Assembly: GCF_000143415.4 (NCBI RefSeq)
Contig: NW_003314364.1
Location: 606,592-647,778 of the forward strand
Length of the DNA stretch: 41,187 bases
Direction: 5' to 3'
From: Selaginella moellendorffii
Taxonomy: Eukaryota; Plantae; Lycopodiophyta
Shown: positions 1 through 11,184 of the stretch, piece after piece
Position numbering within the stretch: position 1 is the first letter of the stretch
How the letters are laid out: each line of letters starts with the position of its first letter
Translations under genes and position numbers: made by a program
The notes under the pieces: model-generated
Database searches by the model: none
What the model was told of the DNA's origin: nothing
The model's input: only the letters and a program-made list of their open reading frames with translations

Positions 1-900
1 AGGGGGGGGGGGGGTCGGGGGGGCTGTAGGGGGTTCTAAAAGTATAGTAGGGAGAGTGGGGGGGTTGGAGCCCAGTGGAGCCAGTTTGGCTCGGGAAGGC
101 CATACCCAACTGTTGGGTGATGGGATGACCACTGGGAAGTTAAAGGCTAGAGTGAATATGGACTGACAAGCGGGGTAGCTTGGTGAAGTGTCAAAAGCTG
201 GCTCTAGTTCCCCCGGGAGATCGAATGGTCGATGCTCCCAGTCCAACTGTGGGTGGCACTACCTACTTGGATACCTAGCATGGCTTAACGGAACCTCGCT
301 CTAAGCCCATGGCTAGAGCATCCAAAGGTGGGAGGCAGAGAGAGTACCCATGAGGCTCGCGTAAGGCCACGGTGTTCCAAAATGTTGTCCCAAAGTCCTA
401 GACTATAGAAAAGAAGAGGAGCAATCCTATGGTGTAGTGACCAAGGATATGGTCGGGTAGGGAGGAAGTCCTAGAGGACTGTGGGACTTAGTCGTCGGGC
501 CTGTGGGCCTTGATCCAATGGCAGTGTTAGCAAACATGGCCATGGATAGAAAGGGACTTGGTGGGGATTGGAAAAAGGATATTAGGGAAAGCTATTCCTT
601 ATATCTACGGGCATCCTAATAATGCTAAGAAGTGGATCTGGGATGATCACTCATAAACAGATGGCCCAGTCTTTGAGAGACAGTAATGTGATGTAGGTGG
701 TGTTAGACCACCGGTGTGACCAAGGTGAAGGGGCATAACAGGCTGATATGTTAGTGGTACCTTGGGGTGTCGGTCATGGGATTGGACACGTGGAGCACTT
801 GGGCCAAGTGCAAAGGTGGAGTGGCATGGATGCCATTCTCAGGGCTAGCAAACCCCAAGTCTTAAATTGGATTTTTGGAAGTTGTGAATGAGACTCCTCC
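1..900 (+). mobile_element. Probable LTR retrotransposon 3' LTR fragment preceded by a polypurine tract
   Basis: A G-rich tract at 1-24 is followed directly by TGTAGG at 25, the usual PPT-TG junction. The sequence is non-coding. The right boundary is approximate. Confidence 0.35.
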
Positions 901-1139
901 AAATGGTTGGAGGTGTGGATAATTGACAAAAGTAGAATGGAAAATTTAGTCACTTACACTTAGAGGAAGTGTATAAGAAACATATAAGAGTTCCTACCTT
1001 ATATTTATCCGATTCAAGTATACAGCCATTGACTGGTTTCTCAATTAACTCAAGTGGGAACTATAAAAGGAACTAGTTGTACCGACCTCCTACCGTCATA
1101 GCAGTAAGGATAAAATGTCCATAAGGACTGGCTAACAAG

Positions 1140-1810
1140 TATCTTTTGATACCCAAAGTCACATTCGTGACACTTAAGCTTGTCTTGCATATTCTCTAGA
1201 AAATCACAAACATGAGATACCTAACCAAAGCCAAACTCAAATTTATGGGAGATTTAGGCTCATTGCTATACATTGCTATAAATAGAGACATACCAATAGC
1301 CAATTGATGAGCACTATTATGAGCAAATTGAAGAAAAGGCAAGTACTTCTCCCATACTCCCTTTCTAGTCAAGTTTCCTACAAAAGACCTTAACATATCT
1401 TCCAATAGTTAATTCATGTGCTCTGTCTGCCCATTTGATTATGGATGCTCACCACTACTTATGCTCAGCTTAGTCTTCAACTTCTCAAAGACCATTTGCC
1501 AAAACTTGGATGTGAACTTGGGATCCCAATCACTCATAATATCATCCAGCAAACTATAGAGATTGAATAACTGGTCTACAAACAACTGAGTAAGTTTAGA
1601 AGCTTTAATAGTCATCTTCACTAGGAAAAAGTGAACCATTTTCATCAAATAATCCACAACAATCCAAATAGCATTATTTCCTTGTATGGTTTTGGGAAAA
1701 CCACTAATAAAGTTTATTGAGATGCTATCACACTTATTCTCGGGTACATGTAAAGGATGATAGAAGTTAGCATACTTCTGATGATCAACTTTGATTGTAT
1801 GGCAGCATAG
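1140..1810 (-). pseudogene. Ty3/gypsy integrase remnant
   Basis: ORF fragments include VDYLMKMVHF, IMSDWDPKFTSKFW, SSGEHP*SNGQTE, EDMLRSFV and LQFAHNSAHQ, interrupted by stops and frameshifts. Confidence 0.85.
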
Positions 1811-3937
1811 AAAACTTTTGTCAAATCATTTTAATCAGATGGATTTTTATTAGTTTTGATGTAGTTCTTCCACCAAAGAACCATGGCTAGTAAGCTTTAC
1901 TAAAAAAATGTCAATGTTCACCTTATCCTTATAAGGACTATGAGAGAATCAACCTCTTGGCTATTACAAATATTCAGTGATGACTTCCATTTCACAATAC
2001 CATAATCCTTGGCATGTTTGATGTATCAATAGTAATTACAAACATGAGATTGATTCAACTCTTGGGGGTCCATGGGTAGTAAGAAATCCTTAATGAGATT
2101 GATGGAATCCTTAACCTCCTTAATATATGTCACTCTGAACCTCAGAAATCTAGTGATCCTGCCATACAATGACATCATCAAGACTCTTCTTCATCATCAT
2201 ATCCATCACCACTAATGCCATACTCTTTATTGTCATCCCCAAAAGAATGTGCTTTTCCAATACTAATAAAATGAACAAGCAAGCAAACCCTAGCTGACCC
2301 TTAAGACGTTACGGTCCACATGCCATAGAATATTCTTGGAATATTCCCATGGTTTGTGTCAGAATTTCTATAGCTTGAACAGGTATGCCACAACAAGCTA
2401 CAAATACCACTTCCTCATAAAAGAAGTGATTAGCTTAAGACAATAAGCATGTAGGAAGCTAGCCTCTTCTTGGGTTTTGATAGATCACTCTTCCTTTTTG
2501 TTAGAGTAGTTTAATTTTGCAATGCCTAAAGTGAGTGGCTGCATCATAGGAAGGCATCAGAAAAGCTCACACCCAGCCTTGGTGAGATGCAGGGAGGAAG
2601 GCCTCCCCCTAGAGCCATGGGTGCTCAATAGTACCACCATCTAGAAGCCTAAGCTCCTCTCACTTGCCACTACTCCATACATCCCACTGCTCAATAGGAT
2701 CCCAAACTCCCCTTATGGCACAACCCATTGTTGAAAAGGGTAGCAAAATCACCATATATGGGCAGCCTTGGCAGCTCACTCATCTCCCAACCACGCATAT
2801 AGCACTAACAGTTGTCATGCGCTCACGTCTTTGCAGCAGAGTCACCCACAAGCCACTCTCCTAAACACTTGCTACTGAAGAGATGAAACAAAGATAAGTC
2901 TAACCTTGGAGGGCACTGAGATGGGTCTCCTACTGAAGTGTGGCCTCCTACTTGTGAGATGGGCCTTTGGCAAAATACATCTTGCTCAGTATATTTAGGA
3001 TCCTCCCATGGCCACCCCAAACATACTCCACTCTAGTATATCCCCATGAAATGTGGCCAGTTTGTCAATCTCCTTAGATTGGGCATGTGTCACTCAATGA
3101 TACAATGTGGGTGCAACCACTAAGTCTGGGAAAAATTCCCTCATACCCAAATGTGGGTGGGCTCAGCTGCACATGGCACTATGACTTTCCCATGGTTTGG
3201 GTACTCCCTAAGTGCCAGAGTACTTGACTTGGGATAAGAGACCACTACTTGCTAGCCAGATCCTCAACTCAACACACAAAGTGTTAAGCACCTAGCTGTG
3301 GCTATACAAAAGTTTGCTATGGTAGTGAGATTGATTCTTAGGGAAGTCCAATATGGCACAGCTCAACACCTTTAGCTACAAGCTAAAGGAGCTTTAGAGG
3401 TATATCAGCAGTGGAGAGGGGCTCATGAGTCCACTAAGTGGTTGCCCACTTAGCCTTCCTTTGCATTGGGTTAGGTCCTGCCTTGTGTGGCTGACCCCAA
3501 CCCACTGTCAAGACTAAGTGGCTTGTTAATGATTGCCTAATTATTTATAGAACCTCACACCTCTATTTAAAATGTTTCTTTAGTTTAGTGGCATTTATTA
3601 TTGAGAAGAAAAAAGTTATAAGAGAATGTTAGCATGAAATTTATCATTGAGCCATACCTCTACCTTATTAATTATCTAAAATAAAAATTTCTTGTACCTT
3701 TATGCCTATTCTTCAAAATTAATCTCTTTTCTAGTGGAGAATATTCTTCAAGGATCACAGCAGCAACTTTAATAATTATTATAAATCCTGACAACTTATT
3801 CTACAAGTAAAAAGTGGAGTAAAAACTAAAATTATAAAATAGAAATTTAACTAGGAAAAAAGGAAATTAAATTTACTCTAGCAATAGCTTATCTATAATA
3901 GATAATATTCTTCCATGGATTAATGTAGTATACTTTA

Positions 3938-3964
3938 AAGCTCTATTTCGTTAAAGTGGGATTT
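3938..3964 (+). repeat. Left terminal inverted repeat
   Basis: 25/27 match to the reverse complement of 17204-17230. Confidence 0.88.
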
Positions 3965-4597
3965 ATTCAGTAAAATGGGACTAGGTACAAATTTTCAAGT
4001 ATTTGAAAATGACGTGAAATTATATGTTTTTTGTCCAGGGGCTAGACATATCTGGGGCATGGTGACTAGCGCGGTGACTTTGTGTCCAGACTGAGTCCAT
4101 CTGGTTGTATAATAAATCTCATTGTCAAGGTGAACAAGCCGAATCTGAAGCTAAAGAAGAGCGATGGCATACGCGCACACACTATTTGTTTGTTCATTGA
4201 GCGTGTGGTGAGCTTTCCAAGATGAACGTCATTCCTATTAGCCAGACATATAACTTAATGGTGAGAACATTTAGATATTATTCAATGTTATCTTTTTCTA
4301 ACGAATCTAATTGTGAAGGTGTAGCAAGAGACATTGCTAGTCTGGAGAAGTCATTTAACTCATTTGACCCTTAGTGTATTTTCATGAAACTAAATAACAT
4401 TCATATTATTAAGGAATTTCTCTAGTACCTTTTTTTTACGACATAGAGGCTTGCATTTCTTTCAAAGGTGATTTAGTAAAAGGCCTGAGGGCACATGCCA
4501 TTCTATTTCTTAGACCGGTATTAAGATATACTAGTGCAAAGGGAAAAAGGTATTTGGTGATCAAGTAAATGGCATGAGGGCACACGCCATTATAAGC

Positions 4598-4957
4598 CTA
4601 AGCGCTAGTGGACACCTCCTTTTTGGTACTCTCAGCGGTACTATCATCCTTCTCCGGGTCAGTTGTTTTGCTTTGGATTGTTGTCTCTGACGTTACTGGG
4701 GCGTTCTCGATAGTTGTTAATGTTGCCGTTTGTTCAGAAAAATGATCACCTGGAGTATAGTACGGGGAGTTTGGAAGACTTATATATTCTACATTTTCAC
4801 CTATCTCCTTCTCTGTCTCCTTTTCTGCCTCACTTACAGATTTTGTGCTTGCCATGAGAATGCTCTTCACCCTAAAATATGGAGTTTGTTGTGTTATAAA
4901 AGGAAACCAACACACACGCTGCAAGGGAATGATGGTACATAAAGCACGTAAGCCCAC
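4598..4957 (-). CDS. Small S/T/E-rich ORF or exon inside the transposon, function unknown
   Basis: The frame MASTKSVSEAEKETEKE...KKEVSTSA has coding-like composition and is flanked by palindromes. No family recognised. Confidence 0.3.
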   Translation of the reverse strand: MGLRALCTIIPLQRVCWFPFITQQTPYFRVKSILMASTKSVSEAEKETEKEIGENVEYISLPNSPYYTPGDHFSEQTATLTTIENAPVTSETTIQSKTTDPEKDDSTAESTKKEVSTSA

Positions 4958-5568
4958 AATATGGGTTTATGTGCCATTAATATGGGCCACACGCCATATT
5001 ATTAGATTTATGCACGTGTGATTGGTAAATGCATATGTCACATCATCTTTGTTTTACCTCACACACTATATCAGGCCTAATGAACCATATCACATGTGCG
5101 CACATGCTATATATATGGAGAAGTATTATGCAAGGATAGAAAAATTCAATGCATGATTGTGGAGAGCAATGGCATGAAGCCACATGCTAAATAACATTTT
5201 AGAGAAAGAATTAAAATAGAAACATGCAAACAGTACTGAGTGGACCAAGACTTAGAAGTGCACAATTGAATGAGGTATTTCTAATAAATATTTCACTCAC
5301 CTCATATAGGAATGGCTACCACTCTCAAATGGCGTATCGCCTCATGCCATCACCTCGCAATTTGTTATAACAATCCGATGAATTCATATTCGGCTTGTTC
5401 ACCTTGAACTTTAAGTAAGATTTGCTAGAACAACTAAGAATTTATACTTGTTATTTGTATCATCTCACCTAGGAATGGCGTAAGGCCACATGCCATCACG
5501 CCTCCTCTGATTCAGATTCGGATTGTTCACCTTGAAATAAAATACATTAGAAACTTAGTAAAGGAATA

Positions 5569-8500
5569 TTAATGAATCTCACCTTGAACCCGGGTTATGA
5601 ATGCTCTTGCTGCATCTCTTGCATGGTCTGGCAAGGTGATGGTGGCACTCTGCTTCCGCATCCAACCATGCACAACATTATCCACCGATATGCTCATGCT
5701 AGGATCCCTTGGATTCAGCACCCATCTCTTTTCTAGGCAATCCTTCGTATATCCGGAACTTGGCTTGAACCACTCCATAGTTACATTGAAGGAGTTAGTT
5801 TCCACGTCCTCCTCTGCATCAGTGATGCAGCGCCCCACCCATATCATTTGTTTTTTATTACTGGGTCTGACAAGCACGACCATTCCTTTGCAGACCTGTA
5901 CTGGATTGAATGCTGAATCCGGCTTCTTGTTCCTCGGCCCACAATAGTGATCCTCAACATCGTTATCTGTCACTGCATTTCCAGAGGACATTATTCCGCT
6001 ACTATCTGGTGCTTTGGGTTCTGGCCAAAAGGACTCTTCCAATTCTTCATATACAACCGGCCCATTTTGGATAGCAGATATAATCTTCTCCCAGTATTCG
6101 AGCAAAGGCTTGCACCTCTGAAAATAGGATTCTCCACCAAACACCAACCCCCTCTTCCAGAAGGCAATATGCTATCTAATCCCAGCCACTATACTTTCCT
6201 GGTCTTTGAGTCCATCCGGGTGCATCGGCCGTGGGGAACCCTGAGGAATCATAGGTTCCCCAGTTATGGGATCTCTCTTGAAGAGTTCAATGCCGTCCAC
6301 TGGCAGCCACACTGTGTCCTATTCTCTCATCTTGTACCTCATCACTGAAGCACCGTCACGCATGCTGAAATGAAACTGAAGAGGCTTGGAGTGGCCAATC
6401 AGCGTTTCAGATCCGTCCCTGATGTAGCCTCTTACAAACCCCTTAAAGTCTGGAACCTTTGTCACAAGTGCAGCATCAACAGTGCCTTTGATGCAATTTT
6501 GGAATTCATCGTAGAGTTGTGGGAGGGTGAGGACATTGGATCGCTGGAGGGACTCTGCCAGGTGACTGAACATGGCATCGATGTCTTCATGAGTGTGCTC
6601 AACCATGAGAAAGCCAAGTGTAACCGTTTCAAATATGCCTTTGGCAACAAGCATCGCCAAGTACGCGAAGACGTACATGTTTTTGTTCTCACTGCCAGCA
6701 TTGTCTGTTTGGAGCAGAAGATGGGGTGGAAGGCCACATCGGCCGCAAGAACTTCCTTGAGATTCTGCTTCGTTTGGATGAGGCTGTGCATTCACCGGGC
6801 GACCAGCCTCGTCGGAATGGCATGAGGCCTCACGTGATAACCCTACAATCTGACGGCCAACATATTCACTGGGATGGCATGGGGCCCCACGTGATACTGC
6901 AAGCCTTTGCTCCTCCTCCAGCTGAACCCTGTATGGGGTTCGATCGACAAGGGCCTTATGCAAGGGTTGGCCGTTCAGCTCAGTCTGCGCACTTTGCAGA
7001 GACCTTAAGTGTTTTGCTAGGGACGCAATCATCATGTTTGCACCCCCGCCACCCCATAGAGGTACAAAGAAGTTCCCATAGTTCTGGGCACCATGCCTAT
7101 GAGCGATTATGCCAAATAAAGACATAGGCAGCTGCATGGATGAAGAGATTGCCTTGGGGGCAGGATTGAGTCGAGGTAAGCACGTCTTTTTCTGGTCCAT
7201 TTTGTCGTGGATGATGCAGAGGTAAGAGTCAGGTCTCTCCATGGAGAGAATCCTGTTATGATAATATGCAGTCCTGCAGCTTCTCTGCTCGATGTTGTGG
7301 TCGAGCCGCCTTCTAACCAACGTCTCTCGCTCTTGAGCGCTGCAAGAATTCTTCGACAAAGCCATTTTGATAGCAGTGCACTCGTCACACTTTGAAAAGC
7401 TGGAGTACTTTCCTATACTCACATCCCTGAACCTGTTGCTCCACAATCTACTAAATCTAGATTGGCTCAGCTTTCTGTAGCCATTACTCTGGAGTTCCCG
7501 ATTCACATCTTCCAATATGGTCCCCTTGGTATACATGGAAGGGAGAACTCGTTGGGTGTCTCGTGTTCCATCTTCCAAGAGGCGGGTTTTATGTGGTTGC
7601 TGCTCGCTACATGTCTCGACAAACCTCTTGAAGATTGCCTCTCCATATACAACATGACCCCTGGTTTTGTGCGTACCGTCATTCCCATGGACTGCCTGTT
7701 GAACCCTTTGTTCCTCGAACTCAGTTTTGATTCTGTAGAATGTGGTTCGAGGGACTCCATAAATGATTCTCCATGCCTTCATGCAGACCAAACCCCTCTG
7801 GAAGACCATGTCCCCCACCTGATGTTCTGAAGCATCAACAGATGACGGTAATGCCTCATACACAAAATTGCGAGATGCCTTCCAGGACAATGTCTTGTAT
7901 CTTGCTCTCTCCTCTTCAATAGCATCCCAATCAGCATGTTGACAGCACCTCCTCTTGCAACAAGCAACTGTCGAGACCATTCGAACCTCCATCGCCATTT
8001 TCTGCCTTTTCGGTTCGTTGCTCAGATCCCTTTGGCTGTGCTTTAGGAAGGTGTACTTTCTTTTCCCATGAAGAGATGTTCTGTCATCAGTTGTAGTGGT
8101 GTTTGATTGTGAATCCTTCACATTCTCAAACACTAAGTGCCTCAATTTCCACTGCACAATGCTTCCAATAGTCAGACTGTTTTCTTTTGTGTCAACAACC
8201 TCTAAAATCGCAACTCCAATATCATCCCAGCCCAATTCTTGATTAGCAACCGCATCTCTTGGACCGACAACTGTGGCTAAGCCCTCAGCTACCACCTCCC
8301 CCTCGGGGTTGTTTAGAAACACCTTTGCCTGAATCCATGTAGCATGGTTCTTAAGATCCACGGAGGGAACATGCGTCACACTTGCGCTGTCCCCAACATC
8401 TGCTTTCTTCTGAAGATTTTTCAAGTCAATAATAACATTTACCCCGACGACCATCTCTCCTTGTTCAATAGCGACCACATTCCCATCGAAGATAGTCTCT

Positions 8501-8637
8501 ACTGATACAGCAGCATTGCCTTCCCCAAGCCTTTGACAGTGTATAACAAAGTTCCGATCCATAGACACAAGGGTCCCTTTTGCAACTCTCTTCCCACCAT
8601 TCAAAATGTAAACCTTTTCCCCAACCCTGAAGGCCAT
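5569..8637 (-). pseudogene. Sola-like (DUF7869-type) DDD transposase, ~1020 aa, with two premature TAG stops
   Basis: ORFs 6319-8637 and 5569-6147 are in the same frame, with stops at 6319-6321 and 6172-6174. Motifs include CCKRRCC, KCDECTAIK, CIIHDKMDQKK, LQTDNAGSENKN and FLMV(G>E)HTHEDIDAMFS. A splice acceptor (ctgcactttcag) lies one base upstream of the ATG. Confidence 0.85.
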
Positions 8638-8999
8638 TCTGAAAGTGCAGAAAAGAAGTTAAGACCATACAAAAAATGATTGGAGAATGGCCTAAATCAT
8701 AACATACCAAACAACCTCAATAGCATGAGGCCACATGCCATTATTCAAACATGTTATTGACACCCACGTGAAATTTCGCATTCACAAAATTGGCATGAGG
8801 CCTCATGCCATCTTGATATACACACAGCTGCAGGCAAGTAAAAACATACATGACAATACGCTAGCCATGAAATTGCAAGGGCCCAAGATGGCATGTGGCC
8901 TCATGCCATTTCTAAATGTGGTTCTAAGCCATTCCATAGTGAACATACCAGGAAGCACAAGTGCCGAATATCAAGAGGAAGCGGTAGCCACACCAAACA

Positions 9000-9075
9000 C
9001 AGTGCCGCTCGCAACACCGCAACTACTCGTAGCGCCGCTCGCAACACCGCAACTGCTTGTAGCGCCGCTCGCACA
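9000..9075. repeat. 30-bp tandem repeat (~2.5 copies) in a GC-rich leader
   Basis: The unit AGCGCCGCTCGCAACACCGCAACTRCTYGT is repeated, with further CCGCTCGCA units downstream. Confidence 0.85.
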
Positions 9076-9932
9076 AACTGCCACTCGCATAAACTGCCGC
9101 TCGCAATGGCGCTCGCAATGCCGCAACCGCTCGTAGACGCATAAACCACAGCCCACAACGCCGCTTACACAAGCAGCGCTCACTGCGCTCAGCGGAACCA
9201 AGAACACGGCGCACAAAAATGATAGACCTAGGAATGAGTTCGAGAATTCAAAAATAACACACGCTTGAACGTCACATCAAATCCTCTGACAAACCAGATT
9301 TTATGATTCCTCTGACAAATTTCAAACTGAGTAGCTTCTAGACTTTGCTGTCGGAGGTTGAACTTTGTCACATCATGTCCTTGCCTCGATCCAGCTGTGC
9401 CATGTCAGTGATTCGAACTTTGCCATGCCATGTCAGTGATCCGCGCCAAGATTATTCGCCGTGTAAAGGAATAATTATGCTGTGTGTGTACGTCCATTTA
9501 TGGCAATATAAGGCCACACGCCATTCAAAGAATAATGCTAGTCGAGCATTTTTTGGTGCATTTTTGGGTTCAAAATTGCATGAGCCCACACGCTATAAAG
9601 TTTACCTGTACCAAAAATAGAAACAGCTTTATTTACTTGGGAATTTAAGTGGTTGACGCATTTTTAAACTTACAAACACATGCCCTACTTACATTCCTTT
9701 GGTTGCTTAAAATTCAAAAATATTATAAATATTTCTTTCTGCATTTTCAATGTTTTCAATTATGGTTTTTGATTTTCGCAGGACCAGCTTAGTAATCTAT
9801 TTGCATCCCGTCATGTTTATAGCTAGCTTTCGTTTGTCCCCTTCGCTAGCCTGAGATACATCTGCTCGGCATCTGCCTCTTACAGCATTTGCCCAGAAAG
9901 GGCATCTTTCTTCACGCAGCATTTGCCACATG

Positions 9933-9958
9933 TTTAGGGTTTAGGGTTTAGGGTTTAG
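9933..9958 (+). repeat. Interstitial plant telomeric repeat (TTTAGGG)3 TTTAG
   Basis: Read directly from the sequence. Confidence 0.9.
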
Positions 9959-11184
9959 CAATTCAGTAGCTTGATAAACATGTAAATACAGAACTTGATG
10001 CAAAATCCTTTGATATGTCACAATGCCCCTAGGACCATAAACACATTTCAATAAAGAGGGTCCTTTCATTTCATAACTCCTTACGTAGATCTTGGTGAAA
10101 CCAGAATTAGTGAAGTTAGTTTCTTGTGATCCCACATCTGATTGTGATGTCCCTTTGCAGTGTCGATGGAAAGGTCAATGCACACCAAACTGTAAAATCT
10201 TGGAGCAAAATAACGGTCGGATCTATGGCAAATGCCCCTGAAACATTGTAAGGCTCGTGTGGTCTCATGTGGTGTCCGATCGAGATGCTTCTTTGCAAGG
10301 TCATCAAGAAAGACATTGTATACCATTCTGTAAAATCTAGTTGCGATCTAACAGTTGGATCTCCAGAAAACTCAAAAAAATCTCGTGCGTGTCAGAATAT
10401 CCTAGGAATATACTCCTATGTGCCCCTGAAAATGGCATGCGGCCCCACGCCATTCAAGAGATAACGCCAGATGACGCCGAGCATTTTTTGGTGCATTTTT
10501 TGGGATTTTTTGTATACCATTCTTTATTTAGCTGAACATCTGGCATTTTTGGAAATACAAGATGCTTTCGAATATCCAATCATGCATGGTATAAATATAG
10601 CGAGGATATTAAATGATATCCCAATCATGATCTTTCTTTTGGATTTCGCGTGCATGCAGTCTGAGGAATGATGACATTGCGGATTTCTTTTGGATTTCAC
10701 GTGCATGCATGCGCGCGGTGATCCAGAAATTAATGGTGGCGCCCAAGTCCGAGGAATGATGACGTGGCGGGATTACCAACCGTCGTGACATTTCGCGCGT
10801 GTGAGGTTAGGTTTTGAATTTTGCTTCGTACTCGCGCTCGCATCGCGCTCCCACTCGCGATCACGCTCACATTCGCGCTCATCTACCTTCTCTACAGGTT
10901 TCTCGTGTGCATCAGCGTCCACTCGCGCTTGCATCACACTCGCACTCGCATCGCACTCGTGTGCATTGGCGTCCACTTCAAGACACACCCAGTTTGTAAC
11001 TTTGCCGCCAACTCTGCCGCCCACTCTGCCACCCACACGCAGCCCACTTGGCGTCCCGGGAAATTTCAGTGCCACTCTCCAACTGTAAGTAGCAGAGTAG
11101 CCTTGCTACTACGATCCGCTACACACACAGTGCACATTCGCCAGCGAGTCCGGCCTCGATTGTCACGCCTCCATTCGGCTTCAA

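Noticed and set aside
820-840. GTGGCATGGATGCCAT (and TTGGCATGAGGCGAGTGTGCC at ~25580) as palindrome copies outside the element
   Set aside because: The spacer length is wrong or the second arm is poor, consistent with chance matches.
8735-9216. Overlapping ORFs of 63-133 aa
   Set aside because: They arise from GC-rich tandem repeats in the predicted leader and intron.
9780-10330. Possible decayed small gene on the minus strand between the divergent genes
   Set aside because: The composition is coding-like, but there are several stops and no recognisable motif.
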